A stretch of DNA of 63,623 bases, the filler included. It is 4 parts of 4 records of this genome, joined end to end, with 100 filler letters (N's around TTAATTAATTAA, not from the genome) between each part and the next. Parts side by side here need not be neighbours in the genome. Positions count along the whole stretch, not along the records: positions 49,930 to 63,623 come from SRR22947725_3719; 3 more parts are not named here. One strand, 5' to 3'. The notes below the pieces were generated by a model, which saw nothing but the letters and a program-made list of their open reading frames with translations, was not told the origin of the DNA and ran no database searches. This document shows positions 60,003 through 63,623 of this stretch, in pieces; the stretch's first letter is position 1, and each line of letters starts with the position of its first letter. The position numbers and the translations under genes are program-made.

Positions 60003-62507
60003 TTAATAAATAGTATTAATATCAAATTTTTTTTCATCCATTAAAAGATTATCAATTAATAATTTACTTCCTGTCTGTCTTAAATATTTAATTTTATTAT
60101 TACTATTTTTGATGATACTCATAAAAGGATAATCATAAAATGATTTTTTTTGATAAGTCATAATGTCAAATATTTCATTATTATTAAAATTTGTTTCAGT
60201 TATGTAAACTTTACTTCCATCTTTAGAAACTATACCTATTTTTGAATTATTAATCTGAGAACTAACTATATCAACATTACTTTTTTCTCCTACAGAAATA
60301 CCTTTATCTTTTGTATATTCAATCAAAACATTTTTTAAAGAAGAATTACTTCCTGAATAATCAATAGCATCTCCTCCAATATTTTTAAAATGTGTATCTA
60401 AAATTTTACCTTTTGAAAAATCACTATCAACAGCATCAGAGTATATATTATTAAAATATGAATCCGTTATTTCAAAAGTTGATTCTATAAAATTAATAAA
60501 ATCTTCTTCAAAATTATTTGAGAAATTACAGTTTCTAATTTTGACGTTTGATTTATAAAAATTAATACCACCAGTTAAATTCAAAGGACCTGTATTTATG
60601 GATGATATATTTTCTATATTTACATAACTAAAATTTGATGATTTATCAGATAGATAAACGTATACCCCTCTCCAAATATCATTTAAGCTTGTTAAAAATA
60701 TTTGATCTTTTGAAGTTCCTAATGCTGTAATGGTACCATTTACTATAAGATAACTATTTTCATCAAATAATAACTTAGTACCCTTTTCAATTATTAAATC
60801 TCCATCAATTATAATAGGCTCAGTAACCTCCCAAGTACCTTTTTTTATTACCCAATTATTATTATTTTTTATTAAATAATCTGGCTTATCAAATTTTTGA
60901 AGGAGTGGATTTTTATGGATATTATAAATACTATAATTATTATCGTGAATTAAACTTTTTCCATTAAATGTAGCAAAAACTTTAAATTTTTTATCCTGTA
61001 TACCTAGATAATCTGTTTTTATTATTTTTTCTTTTATTTCTGAACTATTAGAACTATTGATAATTAAAGGTTCAAAAGCAATTTCCTTATTATTATATAA
61101 AATTTTGTCTATCTTAATTGGAAAAGGCAATAAATTTATTATTTTTAATCGACCGTCAGTATAATGTTTTAAGATTATATATTTTGGAATATTAAAATAT
61201 TCATTTATATCTAATGTTTTAGTATTATCTTTATTATTAAATGAGTTTTTAAAAGAATTTAAATCCAAATCTTTAATGTATTTGAGATTAGGTTTTAGAG
61301 AATCATAATTAAAATCTAATTTATCGTTGGGGAAATAATCTAAAGTTTTAAATAAGTATGAGTCGAAATTTTTAAATGTTTCAATAGATTTTTTTTTATT
61401 TTTTGAAAAGCTTGAAGTATTATTTTCTTTTAATATTTTTTGATAAATGTATGGAACCTTTTGAGGAAAAAGTAATTTAGGATCATTAACATCATTACTT
61501 ATTTGTTCTAATTTAAGCGTGAAAGGATTAAAATAATATCTTGCATTAAAAAAATTTAATCCATGCAAATTACCCCATATCATATGCATAAGATAAAATT
61601 GTGTGATGTTATCTAAATCAAAAATGTTGGTGTAATTACTACGTTCAAAATTATTAATGATGTAACTATATACTTTTCTAAAATATTCAGATTTTAAATA
61701 TTTCTTTTCTTGAAAAATATGATGGTATAACTTCGGTTCAGATAAAAGATAATTATCAAGAACATTTGAGTTTTTTACTTCATAAATCCACTTGTAATCA
61801 TTACCAAATTTAAAAACTAAAGATTCTTTTCTTTTTTGTTTTTCTAATAATTCCTTGCTGATATGCTCCTCAAGATTCATTACACCCCAATAAATACCAT
61901 TTACGTAGATATGGGAAAATGCACTTCCCTGACCCAAATAATTATTATTTATTAACATTGTTTGAAAAGCTTGATCAAATGGATAAAATCTAGAACTAGG
62001 TTTATGTAATGAGAATTGGTTAAACCCAAATATTGATTCTCCATTTTTTAATCTAATTCTAAAACTCATTCTTTTTTTACTAGCCCAATGATCATTAAGG
62101 TCGCCCTTTAATCTAATATCTGCTTTATATTTTTTTTTATCAAAAATGATTGTTCCATTTACAAATTCAGGATTTTCTAAAATTCTATCTTTTAAAGCAT
62201 TTTTTCTATCTTCTAAAATTTTAAGAAAATTATTATTATTAATATTAATTTTTATTTCTCCAATAAAATTTTTATCTTCGATACCATTAAAAGAAATTAA
62301 TAGATTTTTAATATTTGTAAATATGTGCTCTTTATTTAAAAATGCTTTAGTGCTGGAAAAACCTGTATTAAATGACTCAATATTTTGATTAATTTCTCTA
62401 ATTTCACTTTTAAAAAGCCAAAGATCAAATTTTAAAACAGAAATAAATAATACTAAAAAAATAATTAAAAAATAAAATTTTTTAATTATTTTTCGTTTGT
62501 AATACAC
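60003..62507 (-). CDS. CotH-family kinase with C-terminal parallel beta-helix repeats
   Basis: N-terminal TM, IRLKGD, SFRIRL, VNGIYWGVMNLEEH, NARYYFNP; repeats DAVDSDFS, DAIDYSGS, DKGISVGEKS. Confidence 0.8.
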   Translation of the reverse strand: MYYKRKIIKKFYFLIIFLVLFISVLKFDLWLFKSEIREINQNIESFNTGFSSTKAFLNKEHIFTNIKNLLISFNGIEDKNFIGEIKININNNNFLKILEDRKNALKDRILENPEFVNGTIIFDKKKYKADIRLKGDLNDHWASKKRMSFRIRLKNGESIFGFNQFSLHKPSSRFYPFDQAFQTMLINNNYLGQGSAFSHIYVNGIYWGVMNLEEHISKELLEKQKRKESLVFKFGNDYKWIYEVKNSNVLDNYLLSEPKLYHHIFQEKKYLKSEYFRKVYSYIINNFERSNYTNIFDLDNITQFYLMHMIWGNLHGLNFFNARYYFNPFTLKLEQISNDVNDPKLLFPQKVPYIYQKILKENNTSSFSKNKKKSIETFKNFDSYLFKTLDYFPNDKLDFNYDSLKPNLKYIKDLDLNSFKNSFNNKDNTKTLDINEYFNIPKYIILKHYTDGRLKIINLLPFPIKIDKILYNNKEIAFEPLIINSSNSSEIKEKIIKTDYLGIQDKKFKVFATFNGKSLIHDNNYSIYNIHKNPLLQKFDKPDYLIKNNNNWVIKKGTWEVTEPIIIDGDLIIEKGTKLLFDENSYLIVNGTITALGTSKDQIFLTSLNDIWRGVYVYLSDKSSNFSYVNIENISSINTGPLNLTGGINFYKSNVKIRNCNFSNNFEEDFINFIESTFEITDSYFNNIYSDAVDSDFSKGKILDTHFKNIGGDAIDYSGSNSSLKNVLIEYTKDKGISVGEKSNVDIVSSQINNSKIGIVSKDGSKVYITETNFNNNEIFDIMTYQKKSFYDYPFMSIIKNSNNKIKYLRQTGSKLLIDNLLMDEKKFDINTIY

Positions 62508-62513
62508 TGTATA

Positions 62514-63212
62514 CTACCAATTAATATTCGACTCCGTAAAAGTACATTCAATTTCATTATTGTATTCTTTTAAGTCAATCAATATTTGATCCAAAGTAAT
62601 ATTATTATTAGGTTCAACAATCAGCATAGCAGAATAACTTTCATTACTATAATCAACTCTAATAATCTTTATTGAAGTTAATTTATCTCTAATTTTTGAT
62701 ATTAAATCATCTATTAATATATTTTTATCTTTCCATGATAATAATAAATTAAACTCTAAATTATAAGAAGAATTTTTTCCTTTAAAAGAATACCATGTAT
62801 TAATAATTAAAATCATCGTAACTGAAATTATCGTAGTTATAACTGGCTGGTTAGCCCCAAAACCTAGCCCAATTGCAATTGCAAAAAAAAGATAAACTAA
62901 CTCTTCAGGCTCTTTAATTGGAGTTCTAAATCTTACTATAGATAATGCCCCTACTAAACCTAATGATAGAGCTAAAGATGACTTAACTATAACAATAACT
63001 AAAAAAATAATTCCTGTTAAAAGTGGCAAAATAGATGCTATGTTATTTTTTCCATTAAGTGAATTAGACTTATGCAAGTAAAAATATCTAAGAACAAATC
63101 CCAATATTAAACATAGAAAAAAATTAATAAGAGTAGGCATAATACTAATTTCATAAAAATCATTGGAAAGTGAATTTTCTATTATATTTTTTATTATAGA
63201 GTTGTCGTTCAT
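62514..63212 (-). CDS. DUF4956 (MgtC-like) membrane protein
   Basis: SSLALSLGLVGALSIVRFRTPIKEPEELVYLF signature plus a soluble C-terminal domain. Confidence 0.88.
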   Translation of the reverse strand: MNDNSIIKNIIENSLSNDFYEISIMPTLINFFLCLILGFVLRYFYLHKSNSLNGKNNIASILPLLTGIIFLVIVIVKSSLALSLGLVGALSIVRFRTPIKEPEELVYLFFAIAIGLGFGANQPVITTIISVTMILIINTWYSFKGKNSSYNLEFNLLLSWKDKNILIDDLISKIRDKLTSIKIIRVDYSNESYSAMLIVEPNNNITLDQILIDLKEYNNEIECTFTESNINW

Positions 63213-63420
63213 AATTTGTTATTTTAAATTAATACTTTTGATTTTAACTTTTATAATTATTTTAATTAAATTTGAAGTAATTATTTTATTAGTATTGAAG
63301 CTCAAATGAGATAATTAATTTTACTTGATTCTTACTTACCGTATTTAATAAATCTTGTTTTTAGATTTCACTGTAACTTCACTTTAAGTTATGATGATTT
63401 ATTTAAGGTGGATAAAAGTA

Positions 63421-63623
63421 GTGGGGCGTTCTGTTGCCCGGTGCCCCAAACCGCGCTAGCCTAGAATCTAGGCAGCGATAGCTAATCTATTATCGTTAGC
63501 GTTTATAAAAATAACCCGATAACGGTGGTATAATGCCGAGCAAAGTCTTTATCTTTTAGTCAACGTCAAACCTATTTCGCCCCCATTAAATCTATGGTGG
63601 AGGCGCCGGGTACCGCCCCCGGG
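63421..63623 (-). ncRNA. ssrA: Permuted two-piece tmRNA (5' end of acceptor piece cut by window end)
   Basis: Acceptor CCA ends at 63595; 10-nt intervening segment; coding piece starts GGGGGCGAAATAGG at 63584; tag 63500-63468 reads ANDNRLAIAA*. Confidence 0.95.

Larger units (their letters stand above)
56124..63444. mobile_element. Genomic island integrated at the ssrA 3' end (no integrase present)
   Basis: Flanking 22-bp direct repeat, visibly higher AT content than flanking core genes, and surface-modification cargo. Confidence 0.75.

Noticed and set aside
35397-63623. One trans-translation super-locus (two ssrA, two sspB, smpB, ClpX-like)
   Set aside because: The components lie on three contigs from compositionally different organisms.

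Overview
The window joins four unrelated contigs with 100-nt N spacers, each carrying an artificial TTAATTAATTAA six-frame-stop linker (13911-14010, 35695-35794, 49830-49929). Contig A (1-13910, GC-rich, Rhodobacteraceae-like) has guaD (partial), mgtE and 5-FCL, then an ~11 kb aerobic benzoyl-CoA (box) cluster bracketed by an imperfect 35-bp inverted repeat. Contig B (14011-35694, marine alphaproteobacterium, SAR116-like by inference) has housekeeping genes, glcDEF followed directly by bhcBCD (beta-hydroxyaspartate cycle, no bhcA), class I fumarase, sspB and a permuted two-piece tmRNA. Contig C (35795-49829, PVC/Lentisphaerota-like by inference) has xseA, a GGQ release-factor-like protein, nagB, smpB between two Ser/Thr kinases, a ClpX-like ATPase, a lone flagellin with a sigma-28 promoter and GGA hairpins, and a PEP-CTERM/beta-barrel/periplasmic protein/PAS kinase/response regulator cassette. 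Contig D (49930-63623, very AT-rich alphaproteobacterium) has the ftsZ end, lpxC, fumC, gpmA, sspB and a GcvT-family dehydrogenase. These are followed by a ~7.3 kb integrase-less island bounded by a 22-bp duplication of the tmRNA 3' end, carrying a DUF4956-CotH kinase-VTC operon and glycosylation genes. That operon is my best candidate for a poorly described system. All calls come from motif recognition by eye; taxonomy is inferred and no searches were run.
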